Below are positions 10,591 through 19,288 of a DNA stretch of 64,000 bases, in pieces. This stretch comes from Coleofasciculus sp. B1-GNL1-01. GTDB lineage: Bacteria > Cyanobacteriota > Cyanobacteriia > Cyanobacteriales > Coleofasciculaceae. The notes under the pieces were generated by a model. The model saw only the letters and a program-made list of their open reading frames with translations. It searched no databases and was not told the DNA's origin. The stretch lies in assembly GCA_040220235.1 (NCBI GenBank), contig JAVJTO010000094.1; one strand, given 5' to 3'. The position numbers and the translations under genes are program-made. How positions within the stretch are numbered: the first letter of the stretch is position 1; each line of letters starts with the position of its first letter.

Positions 10591-10655
10591 GTCGGGGCGG
10601 GTTTAGTTACATCTGGGGTGAGGTGCGAAACGATAGTAGTAAAACCCGCCCCTAC
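10591..10655. repeat. GTAG-family REP doublet (REPIN) GGGGCGGGTTT-spacer-AAACCCGCCCCTAC; representative copy
   Basis: Same inverted pair near 21366, 31815, 32566, 32725, 36997, 46203, 46301 and 52688. Related GGGCGACCC..GGGTCGCCCCTAC doublets near 32908, 62562 and 63388. Confidence 0.85.
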
Positions 10656-10715
10656 ATACCTCACGCGCTAGGTTTCCTCGAACGACGTGAAGAATCAACA
10701 ATTAACAATCAACAA

Positions 10716-13073
10716 TCAACACTCAACACTTAATGTCCACACCCCATCCCAATTGGGAGGCGGTGGCGAGTCTAGCCAATACAAACAACGCTGGATATGT
10801 AATCTCGCCGCCTTATCACCACCATCCATCTCCAAAACCTGGGAAAATTCACCAATTGCCAGGGCAAATTGGTGGTTGAGGTAATAGCGACGCCCCTTTT
10901 CATAATGGTCAATAATTTGTTCTTGCTGACTCGAAAGGGATCGGGAACGAAGTCCCATCAGTTCATATATGGCAAGGGATTGGGGTTTACTCTTCACCGG
11001 GAGGCGATCCAGTTCTCGCACCCAGACGCGATCGCGACAATGTTGATAAATCGTTTCGCTAATAATAATGTCGCAGCCATAATCGCGACTGACTTGTTCG
11101 AGTAATGAGGTAAAGTTGACAATATCCCCAGACAATGGGGGTTGAGAACCATTACTCAGATGGATTCTCCCAGCATGAATGCCAATACCTAGACGAGGCA
11201 TTGACTGTTGGGGTGTCAAATGATTACGATTAAACTCGGCTAACTGTTGGCGCATGTCTATCGCTGCTTGCACTGCATACCAGGCGCGATCGCTTACAGG
11301 TAAGGAGGTATCAAAGACAGCAATTAATGCATCACCAATATATTGATTTAAAGTGCCTTGATACTTCAAGACAGTCTCCACCATTAGTTCACAATAGTGA
11401 TTGAGCATGGAAACAACGGTTTCTGCTTCCATGTTGTCCATCAGGCTGGTATACCCTTGAATATCAGCACATAAAATCGCCACATTGGGATGAGCAAATA
11501 ACTGGATATCATATTTTCTCAAAAATTCCTGAGTGAGTTCCTGGCTGACTTGGTGATAGGTGGGAAGTTGAGTGGAACTCGTGGAATTAATTTCTTTGAG
11601 AACGACGACGAGTCCATAAAAATGATGAGATCCGTTGTTCTCGGCGATCGACCGAATCGATAAATCAATCGGTTGTTCCTGATCACGGGCAATAACTGTA
11701 TGAGGAGCTTGATAGTCCTGCTGTTCTGTTAAAGCCCCTTGGACTAAATGAGCAAAGTTACTCTCTTTTACCTGAATAAAATCACCAATCCAACTCCCTT
11801 CCACCCCATCTCCCTCATCGCTTTTGAGAAGCTGATGCGCTTTTTCGTTGACCGTAATAATTCGCCCCGTTGCATCGGTATAAATCACGCCATGATCTAG
11901 CGTCTTTAAAATAAGCCGTTGAATCTGTTCCTGTTGTTTTAGCGACGTGAATTGGCGAGAATTTTGTAAGGCAATCCCCACTTGCAGCGCAAAGGCTGCC
12001 ATTAATTGTTGATCGGCTTGACTAAAACTTGCTTTAAAGATATCCGGTGGAATGGGCCAACTGTCGGGATCATAAGCGGGAAAATATCCCCGTTTCTTTT
12101 TATTAATTAACTCCAGTACCCCCAAGACTTCGTTATCCGGTGTCAAAATGGGCATATAGAGTAAACTACAGGTACGATACCCGGTATGGCAATCCTTTTT
12201 TTTGATCCGATCAACACCAGGGTAGATATAGAGGTCAAAGGGAATATTTAAGGCTTTTCCCGACTCAGCTACTTTACCCACAAAGCCAACCCCAATCCCG
12301 TGACGCTTCTGGTGAGGAGAACCTTCCTCTGTTTCTACCATTGTCCACAGTTCCTGGCGTTCCTGATCGATTAGCCATAAGCGACTGCGATCGGCATTCA
12401 TTAATTCATTGGCTTCTTGAATAATAAGCTGACGGATCGCATCAAAGTTTAGTCCGCCTTGGCTAATCGTATGAATAGCTTTAATAAAGCCAAGAAAAAC
12501 ATCTTGTTTTTTAATTTCTGCATAAAGCGCCTGACATCGCTCTACGGTGGGACGAATCCACGCACTTGCCTGATAAAATCGCCTTTCATCGTCTTGAGTA
12601 AATCCATGATTGTCAATCGTCTTCTCTAAAGGCTGATCGGGGCTAGCCTCTGGTTTTAATTTGTTAAGTAATTGAACAAAAGCAATGATGTTTTTTTGTT
12701 TATTAGATAAAGGTAGAGATAATAAATTATAAACGATATAATCAAAGTAATGCGGTAGTTTTATCCCGTGTTCTTCACGGTAAAACTGACATTCAAACGG
12801 GCTTTCTACAAAACTCTGCAAATTGGCAATTCCGCTAATCCCCGTAGTATTTGGAATTCTTAACTCTTTGGGTTGGGAATAGTTTGGGGTTAAAACGAGA
12901 CATTGCTCTGGGTCATATCGGTCTAATAAAAAAATATTAACCCGATCAACACGGATAATTTTCTTGAAGCATTGAGCTATTTCCATTAACATTTGTGTTA
13001 ATATAAAATTTAAATCCTGGTGATTTGACATCAGTATAGATCCTCCCTTTACTTTAACCAGGCAGTTGCCCAT
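10716..13073 (-). CDS. CyaB-type GAF-GAF-PAS-class III cyclase-TPR protein with degenerate catalytic site
   Basis: Two GAF domains with LLNK/LINK motifs, a PAS domain, cyclase motifs ADIQGYT and YIGDAL, and a C-terminal PPPNWDGVW. The true start may be the later Met (MSNHQD). Confidence 0.85.
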   Translation of the reverse strand: MGNCLVKVKGGSILMSNHQDLNFILTQMLMEIAQCFKKIIRVDRVNIFLLDRYDPEQCLVLTPNYSQPKELRIPNTTGISGIANLQSFVESPFECQFYREEHGIKLPHYFDYIVYNLLSLPLSNKQKNIIAFVQLLNKLKPEASPDQPLEKTIDNHGFTQDDERRFYQASAWIRPTVERCQALYAEIKKQDVFLGFIKAIHTISQGGLNFDAIRQLIIQEANELMNADRSRLWLIDQERQELWTMVETEEGSPHQKRHGIGVGFVGKVAESGKALNIPFDLYIYPGVDRIKKKDCHTGYRTCSLLYMPILTPDNEVLGVLELINKKKRGYFPAYDPDSWPIPPDIFKASFSQADQQLMAAFALQVGIALQNSRQFTSLKQQEQIQRLILKTLDHGVIYTDATGRIITVNEKAHQLLKSDEGDGVEGSWIGDFIQVKESNFAHLVQGALTEQQDYQAPHTVIARDQEQPIDLSIRSIAENNGSHHFYGLVVVLKEINSTSSTQLPTYHQVSQELTQEFLRKYDIQLFAHPNVAILCADIQGYTSLMDNMEAETVVSMLNHYCELMVETVLKYQGTLNQYIGDALIAVFDTSLPVSDRAWYAVQAAIDMRQQLAEFNRNHLTPQQSMPRLGIGIHAGRIHLSNGSQPPLSGDIVNFTSLLEQVSRDYGCDIIISETIYQHCRDRVWVRELDRLPVKSKPQSLAIYELMGLRSRSLSSQQEQIIDHYEKGRRYYLNHQFALAIGEFSQVLEMDGGDKAARLHIQRCLYWLDSPPPPNWDGVWTLSVEC

Positions 13074-13210
13074 TTAAGCCGCTTCTCAAGGTTTATCGGG
13101 TAAGATGCTTCTGAAACAGTGCGATTTGGCACAACCGCTCTACCTACAATCTTTACATGCCCGCGACCTATCCACCATACTACCCGTACTGTAGCCGTTT
13201 TTATCCCTGA

Positions 13211-14254
13211 TTAGTCAACGATCCCCATTCGTTGGGGAGGGAAAAATCGTTTGGTTACCTTTCCCAGAATATTCTGTTGGGGAAGAAACCCCCAATCCTC
13301 ACTATCATAGCTGTGGTTGCGGTTATCCCCCAAGACGAAATAAGAATTGGCGGGAACGGTGATGGGAGTAAAGGCGTCTTGAGAACGTCCTTGACGATAG
13401 TTCTCTTCCAAAGGCTGAGAATTGATATAAACTATTCCCTTTTGAATCTCTACCCGTTCTCCAGGTAAACCAATAATTCGCTGAACAAAGGCTTCTCGAA
13501 AATGGTTATCTTGCAAAGCTTCCGGTGGTAAAAATAGGACAACATCTTGCCGTTGGGGGGATCGAAAATGGTAGGTTTGTTTATCCACAATAACACGATC
13601 GCCGCTGTGTAACGTTGGGTTCATCTCGTTCGTGGTAATGACGTGACTATCAGCGATATGTGTTGTAATAAAGAACATCTGCATAGAAATGATGATAGAA
13701 AATAGAATAGAGACAAGCGCCATACATAAAATGGGAATCTGATTTCGTTCACGACGAACGGTTGAGGCGATATAAACGTGATAAAAAACCAGAGATTTGA
13801 GGAGTATCGGCACGAGTTGAACCAGCAACGAGGTAATAAAAAAAGTAAAGAATAGAACACTCAACCACAGACGGTTAATATAGAGGTGACCCGCACCAGG
13901 GACAAGGCGCGAGAGAAAGACAGCCAGCCATGGATCTTTTCGACTGGTTCTGAGTTTCTCAAAACTCGGTGGATTAGCTTTCTTGGCACAGTCATAGGCA
14001 TCAAATATTCCCCAAATACTCAATGCGAATGTGGCGATTAATAGAATTTCTCCGATGAAAATATTGCCGATTTGACTTAAAATCAACCATGCACTTAAAG
14101 CATATAACCCGACTTGAGTGATAATTAAACTGTACCCTCTGATCAGCTTTCCCGTATAAAGCTGACCAATTCCGGGAAAAAATAGGGATAAGTTAGCCGC
14201 TAGCCAAGGTTCTTTTCCTGAACTCGGTGAGGAAGGGTGCTGCAATTGAGACAT
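13211..14254 (-). CDS. Signal peptidase I (S26) homolog with N-terminal membrane domains; catalytic dyad substituted
   Basis: MNPTL..GDRVIVDK, RIIGLPGE and YFVLGDNRNHSYDS boxes; two K(E/D)PWLA..LS..PG TM2-like repeats. Confidence 0.85.
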   Translation of the reverse strand: MSQLQHPSSPSSGKEPWLAANLSLFFPGIGQLYTGKLIRGYSLIITQVGLYALSAWLILSQIGNIFIGEILLIATFALSIWGIFDAYDCAKKANPPSFEKLRTSRKDPWLAVFLSRLVPGAGHLYINRLWLSVLFFTFFITSLLVQLVPILLKSLVFYHVYIASTVRRERNQIPILCMALVSILFSIIISMQMFFITTHIADSHVITTNEMNPTLHSGDRVIVDKQTYHFRSPQRQDVVLFLPPEALQDNHFREAFVQRIIGLPGERVEIQKGIVYINSQPLEENYRQGRSQDAFTPITVPANSYFVLGDNRNHSYDSEDWGFLPQQNILGKVTKRFFPPQRMGIVD

Positions 14255-14483
14255 CGGTATTGCCTTCGATATAGGTGTAGCCCAGTAGATACCCCATGTT
14301 AAGATGCTAAATTTAACAAACGTCTAAGAGAGCGGCTTTACTATAACGAGTAACTGGGCAGAGTGACAAGTTGATTTAACTATCTTTATAGAAACTTATA
14401 AAACTAAGCCTATCGTTTAAATCAACGGTGAAGTTAAAATTGTATTTTATCCTTCGTGGTTCCTAGTTATCAGAGAAATAAAA

Positions 14484-15167
14484 ATGGGATTTAAACTCGA
14501 AACCGTTATTCCTTGGGGGCGTTCGCTAGACGAATATGTCAGAATGTTTGACCTGCAACCCGATGAACTTAGATTAACCCTACTCGATTGTGCAGGGGGA
14601 CCGGCTAGCTTTAATGCGGAGATGACGCGCCAAGGATATAATGTTATCTCCTGTGACCCTATCTATCAGTTTTCGGCAACTGATATCAAAAGACGCATTC
14701 AAGAGGTATATCCAAGGGTGATTGATGGGGTGAAAGCGAATCGTGATAACTATGTGTGGCAAACAATTGGATCACCCGAAGAACTGGGAGAAATTCGCCT
14801 GTCAGCCATGGAAGAATTTATCGACGATTTATCGATAGGAATTGAACAAGGACGCTATATTAATGCTGAGTTGCCTAGTTTACCATTTACAACCCGTCAA
14901 TTTAGTTTAGCGGTTTGTTCTCACTTCCTGTTTAGCTATTCTGACTTATTGTCTCAAGCGTTTCACCTGCTTTCGATTCAGGAATTGTGTCGTGTGGCAA
15001 ATGAGGTGAGAATTTTTCCGCTGGTAGATATTTCGGGAGATGTATCTCCCCATGTATCCCCTGTAATCAGGGAGTTAAATGCACAGAGATATAATGTGGA
15101 AATTAAGCAGGTTGCTTATGAGTTTCAACAAGGCGGAAATCAAATGTTGCAGATAAAAAAGTTTTGA
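14484..15167 (+). CDS. SAM-dependent methyltransferase-like protein
   Basis: LLDCAGGPASF, SCDPIY, CSHFLFSY and EVRIFPL motifs. Confidence 0.8.
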   Translation: MGFKLETVIPWGRSLDEYVRMFDLQPDELRLTLLDCAGGPASFNAEMTRQGYNVISCDPIYQFSATDIKRRIQEVYPRVIDGVKANRDNYVWQTIGSPEELGEIRLSAMEEFIDDLSIGIEQGRYINAELPSLPFTTRQFSLAVCSHFLFSYSDLLSQAFHLLSIQELCRVANEVRIFPLVDISGDVSPHVSPVIRELNAQRYNVEIKQVAYEFQQGGNQMLQIKKF

Positions 15168-15169
15168 GT

Positions 15170-15211
15170 ATGACAAATGACGAATGACGAATGACGAATG
15201 ACAAATGACGA
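15170..15211. repeat. STRR-type heptamer tandem repeat (TGACGAA/TGACAAA)
   Basis: Direct tandem heptamers; similar tracts near 21540 and 34714. Confidence 0.85.
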
Positions 15212-15360
15212 TCCCCACTTTTTTACTCAGATGTAACTAAACCCACCTCAACTCAGGATTCCGGAGGCGCTAAAGCGCTGACTACGAACGAATGGTGCGA
15301 TCGCACTCCCTAATACTACAGTTGTATTACAATAATTCGGTAGGACATAGGTCATGATCA

Positions 15361-16581
15361 ATGGTATCTCATCCCCATCAGCCGAGACAGGATGATGCTG
15401 TATTAGGAACGGGTCAATTGCCACTCCCGGCTAATGCAGCCGTTTTAGGCGGTTTGGTCGGTGTTCAGCGTCGTTTGCACAGTCCCCTGGTGAGTCAACG
15501 TGTGGCGGCGGTTAAGCAGAGTCTGACGTATGGTAAGGCGGGAGTCTCTGTAGTATTAGACGCCCTGAACGATGATCACTGGCAAGTGCGATATACCGCC
15601 TATTCGCAACTTCGGGGAATTGATCATCCCCAGTTGTTGCCGCGTTTAATGGAGTATAATCCTTATCAGTGTCTCCAATGTCTTTATCGCTATTCTACTG
15701 CTCATTCTACGGCGTATGCCTTGGCAATAAGTTCGGATCAACAGTTGCTGATAAGCGGAGCAACAGATAGAACCATTAAAGTGCGATCGCTATACACAGG
15801 CAAGATTCTTTGTACTCTAACAGGACATAGGAGTTCGGTGTCGGCGGTGGCGTTTCATCCTGATCAGCCAATGTTAATTAGTGGTAGTTGGGATAGTACA
15901 ATTAAGCTGTGGAATTTAGCCGGAGTATCCCAACAAAATCGATTAGCCAGCGATAGACTGATAGCTACGTTTAGCGAACAGGGGAGTAAGATCTATACCA
16001 TTGCCCTGCATCCAGAGGGACAGATTCTTGCCAGTGGAAGTCAGGATGGAACGATTACCCTGTGGGATATTCAGGCTGAAGAAAAGATAAGTGCGATCGC
16101 AGGACATACAGAGGCGATTACCGCCCTCACTTTTACCGCCGATGGTCAAACCTTAATCAGTAGCAGTATTGATAATACCCTGAACGGCTGGAATTGGCAA
16201 ACGCAACACCTCCAGTATAGTCTCACCGGACACAGCCATTGGGTGAATGCGATCGCGATTCATCCTGATGGAGAAATTCTCGCGAGTGGGAGTCAGGATA
16301 AAACAATTAAACTCTGGCATCTTCCCACTGGAAAACTCTTAAATACTCTAACCGGACATTGGGGTGAGATCAAAGGGTTAGCGATGAGTCAGGATGGACA
16401 AACGCTAGTGAGTTGCAGTTGGGATGAGACAATTCGATTCTGGCATTTACCCACAGGAATTTTATTGCATAGCTTAACCGGACATCGCGGTGCAATTGTA
16501 TCCCTTGCCATGACTTCTGATGTGCCACTCATTGTTAGTAGTAGTCAGGATCGAACTATTTGCGTCTGGGGAATGGATTAA
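15361..16581 (+). CDS. WD40 repeat protein with N-terminal HEAT-like segment
   Basis: About 7 repeats of the type GH...V.A....LASGS.D.TIKLW. Confidence 0.92.
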   Translation: MVSHPHQPRQDDAVLGTGQLPLPANAAVLGGLVGVQRRLHSPLVSQRVAAVKQSLTYGKAGVSVVLDALNDDHWQVRYTAYSQLRGIDHPQLLPRLMEYNPYQCLQCLYRYSTAHSTAYALAISSDQQLLISGATDRTIKVRSLYTGKILCTLTGHRSSVSAVAFHPDQPMLISGSWDSTIKLWNLAGVSQQNRLASDRLIATFSEQGSKIYTIALHPEGQILASGSQDGTITLWDIQAEEKISAIAGHTEAITALTFTADGQTLISSSIDNTLNGWNWQTQHLQYSLTGHSHWVNAIAIHPDGEILASGSQDKTIKLWHLPTGKLLNTLTGHWGEIKGLAMSQDGQTLVSCSWDETIRFWHLPTGILLHSLTGHRGAIVSLAMTSDVPLIVSSSQDRTICVWGMD

Positions 16582-16618
16582 CCTTACCCAGATAGGCAGC
16601 GTTAACCCTGATTGCGTA

Positions 16619-16816
16619 TTAGTAGCGCTTGGTTTTCTGCACCCCGTAAATAATCCCTGTGGCAATAGACAGTAAAATTAATAGCCACAAAATACCGCCG
16701 GGAATAAAGCTGAGGATACCTACACCTCTAAAAATATAAACCACAATCGTAACAGCGACAGAAATGGAAAAAATATAAGCATAAATTAGGGTATCAGATG
16801 GGGGAGGTGGACTCAT
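16619..16816 (-). CDS. Small membrane protein (65 aa)
   Basis: Two hydrophobic stretches around RGVGILSFIPGG; similar to the neighbour at 16962. Confidence 0.7.
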   Translation of the reverse strand: MSPPPPSDTLIYAYIFSISVAVTIVVYIFRGVGILSFIPGGILWLLILLSIATGIIYGVQKTKRY

Positions 16817-16961
16817 AATATAAGTAGTCGAACAAAATTAAAACTACGGCGGGGAACTTGCTATCGCAAGAAGCAAGCTACGTCATTTTTCATTCATGAA
16901 GGTTTCAGGAATAGTGACAGAACGTCAGAGAGTTCGGTTGATTTCCACCAACCTACTTAAT

Positions 16962-17165
16962 TTACCGTCGGATCGTGAGACCGCTGAGGATACCGATACC
17001 AATGGAAAAGAGAACGATCGCCCAGACGACAGCCGATGGAATTTGCTGAATTACACCGAGTCCCGTGAGTAGCAAAACAAATGCTGCGAGTAACAGACCC
17101 ACACCCAGGGCAATGCCAATAATATACAAAAAGGTTTTTGTGCCTTCATTGGGGGATTGATTCAC
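16962..17165 (-). CDS. Small membrane protein (67 aa)
   Basis: Hydrophobic, with TGLGVIQQIP..VVWAIVLFSIGIGI; an AAGGAA RBS precedes the GTG start. Confidence 0.7.
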   Translation of the reverse strand: MNQSPNEGTKTFLYIIGIALGVGLLLAAFVLLLTGLGVIQQIPSAVVWAIVLFSIGIGILSGLTIRR

Positions 17166-17553
17166 AATCGAGTTCCTTTAGAGTGAGACAACGACAGAAC
17201 TACGGGACTTATTTTTGCATAGAATGGAACAATCCGTTACATAAGACCTATGCAAGTCTAGGTAAAGCTCTATCATAGGAAGGGTTTCAGGCTTCGCTCT
17301 TCCGAAAGTGACATAAGAGCGTTATCCTGGGGTTTTAATCCCTAGGGAACCTTAGCCTATCAGAATGCTATGACCCAACCAAATAGCTTTGTCATTTGTC
17401 GTTCGTAGTAATGGCTTTAGCCTATCAAACGAAAAGAACCCAGCCCAATCATTTTATCATACACACTGTAACCCAAACACCAAACAAAAATAAAGACAAA
17501 TGACGACTCTACCGTTACCTTTTATTGTGTCCACCTACTTATCCTAGTTGAAC

Positions 17554-17895
17554 CAATTTTACGGATTTAGCTAAGATTTTTAATGATTGGGTACATAGTA
17601 GCCTTCCTAAGGGAGAACAAGATTGGTTAGGAGTTGATGGTAAAAGCAGTAGAGCTACTGTCAGTAATGACGACCAAGCTTATCAAGATTTTATTAATGT
17701 AGTTTCGGTATTCAGCGCTCAACAAGGAGTTCCCCTTGCTCTCCAACAATTTCACAACAAACAAGGTAGTGAAATTGCTGTTGTGCAAAATCTTCTAGCC
17801 ACTTTAGACATAGAAGGAGTCGTTTTTACTTTGGATTCCTTACGTTGCAAAAAAAAACTGTACAGTTAATTACCGAAAGTGGCAATGATTATGTA
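17554..17895 (+). pseudogene. ISAs1-family transposase fragment
   Basis: Manual translation gives WLGVDGKSSRAT...GSEIAVVQNLLATLDIEGVVFTLDSL, then a frameshift at an A9 run into TVQLITESGNDYV. No start and no C-terminus. Confidence 0.8.
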
Positions 17896-18170
17896 TTTCA
17901 TACCCTTGCACCGCTAGAGTGGGAAAATGTATCATTGCTCCCCCAGCTCCCCCTACTTCCCCTGCTCCTTACCCCACCAAAACACTTATTCAGCAGACCC
18001 TAATTAATCCTGGTCGCCCTAATTTTCTCTCATCACTGCGGAATTAGCCCTGCCTTGCCGGGGGGAACGAGGGGGGTTGGGGGGTTAGGTTTTTCCAATT
18101 CGTCAGCAGTATCCCCACGGTGGAAGAAGGGGTTAGGGGATGAGGGGGAAAATCAACCCGCCCGGATTGA

Positions 18171-18224
18171 AGCGAAGCAACATCTGGTCTCCCCCTTTTT
18201 AAGGGGGACGGAAGGGGGATCTAA
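18171..18224. repeat. Dispersed 54-bp palindrome-containing repeat
   Basis: AGCGAAGCAACATCTGGTCTCCCCCTTTTTAAGGGGGACGGAAGGGGGATCTAA is identical at 36901..36954. A partial reverse copy lies at about 6521..6557. Confidence 0.85.
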
Positions 18225-18226
18225 AA

Positions 18227-18297
18227 AGGCGGCACCCAGATTCGAACTGGGGATAAAGGCTTTGCAGGCCCCTGCCTTACCGCTTGGCTATGCCGCC
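18227..18297 (-). tRNA. trnC: tRNA-Cys (GCA)
   Basis: GGCGGCATAGCCAAGCGGTAAGGCAGGGGCCTGCAAAGCCTTTATCCCCAGTTCGAATCTGGGTGCCGCCT: acceptor stem, GCA anticodon, TTCGAA T-loop, U discriminator. CCA is not encoded. Confidence 0.97.
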
Positions 18298-18489
18298 GCA
18301 CAACGAACGCGCCATGGCGCGTCTCTACAATAAAGGATTATAGCCTATCTCATCCTTATGTGTCTCTTTCGCCAGGAATTCTTTTCGGCGAGCAAAACAT
18401 TAAGTATCTTAGCGGGGTGAAGCCATTTTGTCCATTCCTCGCTAGTCTGAGAATATCCGTTAATAGAGCGTCCCGCTACACCTCTATCC

Positions 18490-19167
18490 ATGCTATTCAA
18501 CCTGCTTAACCTGCCCTACTGGATTTTCCTGGGGATGGGAATCCTCCTGTTTCTGGTTGTCATTGTCTCCGGTGGCGGGGATGATGACTTTGATATCGAT
18601 GCCGATGCGGATGCTGATGTGGATGCCGATGGCGATTTTGCCATGGGATCAATGTTCAGTTTTCTGGGTGTGGGTAAAGTTCCCCTAATTTTGTTACTTG
18701 CCACTGACTGTTGTCTGGTAGGAGCATTCGGCTGGATGATTAATGTGGCGATCGGAAATCTCACGGGTACGATTCCCACGGGATTCTTCGGTGGTGTCGT
18801 CGCTGGTGCTTCCCTACTCCTGAGTGTATTTAGTGGTGGCTTAATTTCTCGACCTTTAGGCAAAATTTTTGCCACATTTGGAGAAGATGCCAGTGGCGAT
18901 CGCTTAATTGGGTGTCAGGGTAGCGTCAGTTCTAGTTCAATTCCCCTAGAAAGTCAAGGCAAAATCGGTCAAGTGGATGTGATTGATCCCAGTGGCAATC
19001 TGGTAACCATTAATGCCACTCTACCGAAATGGGCAAAAGTTATTCCCAATCGGGGCAATCACGTCTTAGTCATTGACCGACAACCGGAAAGCTATCGGGT
19101 GGTTACTAAAGATAGTTCTGATCAACAACAGTGGTTGTCTAATTCATCCCCAAAAGATTCACAGTAA
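18490..19167 (+). CDS. YqiJ/DUF1449-like (NfeD-type) membrane protein
   Basis: TM helices, D/A-rich loop, FLGVGKVPL, C-terminal OB-like region; directly upstream of flotillin. Confidence 0.8.
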   Translation: MLFNLLNLPYWIFLGMGILLFLVVIVSGGGDDDFDIDADADADVDADGDFAMGSMFSFLGVGKVPLILLLATDCCLVGAFGWMINVAIGNLTGTIPTGFFGGVVAGASLLLSVFSGGLISRPLGKIFATFGEDASGDRLIGCQGSVSSSSIPLESQGKIGQVDVIDPSGNLVTINATLPKWAKVIPNRGNHVLVIDRQPESYRVVTKDSSDQQQWLSNSSPKDSQ

Positions 19168-19288
19168 CCTCTGCATACACAACCATTTCTATTCCGTTCA
19201 GGCAAACTGTGATTCTTTTTACACAACCTCTAAATGTGTATAAATTTCAGGCTTCAATACAACATATAGATTTAGAGCGCAAACTACC

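Noticed and set aside
18227..18297. Prophage or integrative island at tRNA-Cys
   Set aside because: No integrase, phage genes or duplicated tRNA 3' end seen.
18055..18333. 92-aa ORF
   Set aside because: Made of dispersed repeats and the antisense strand of tRNA-Cys.
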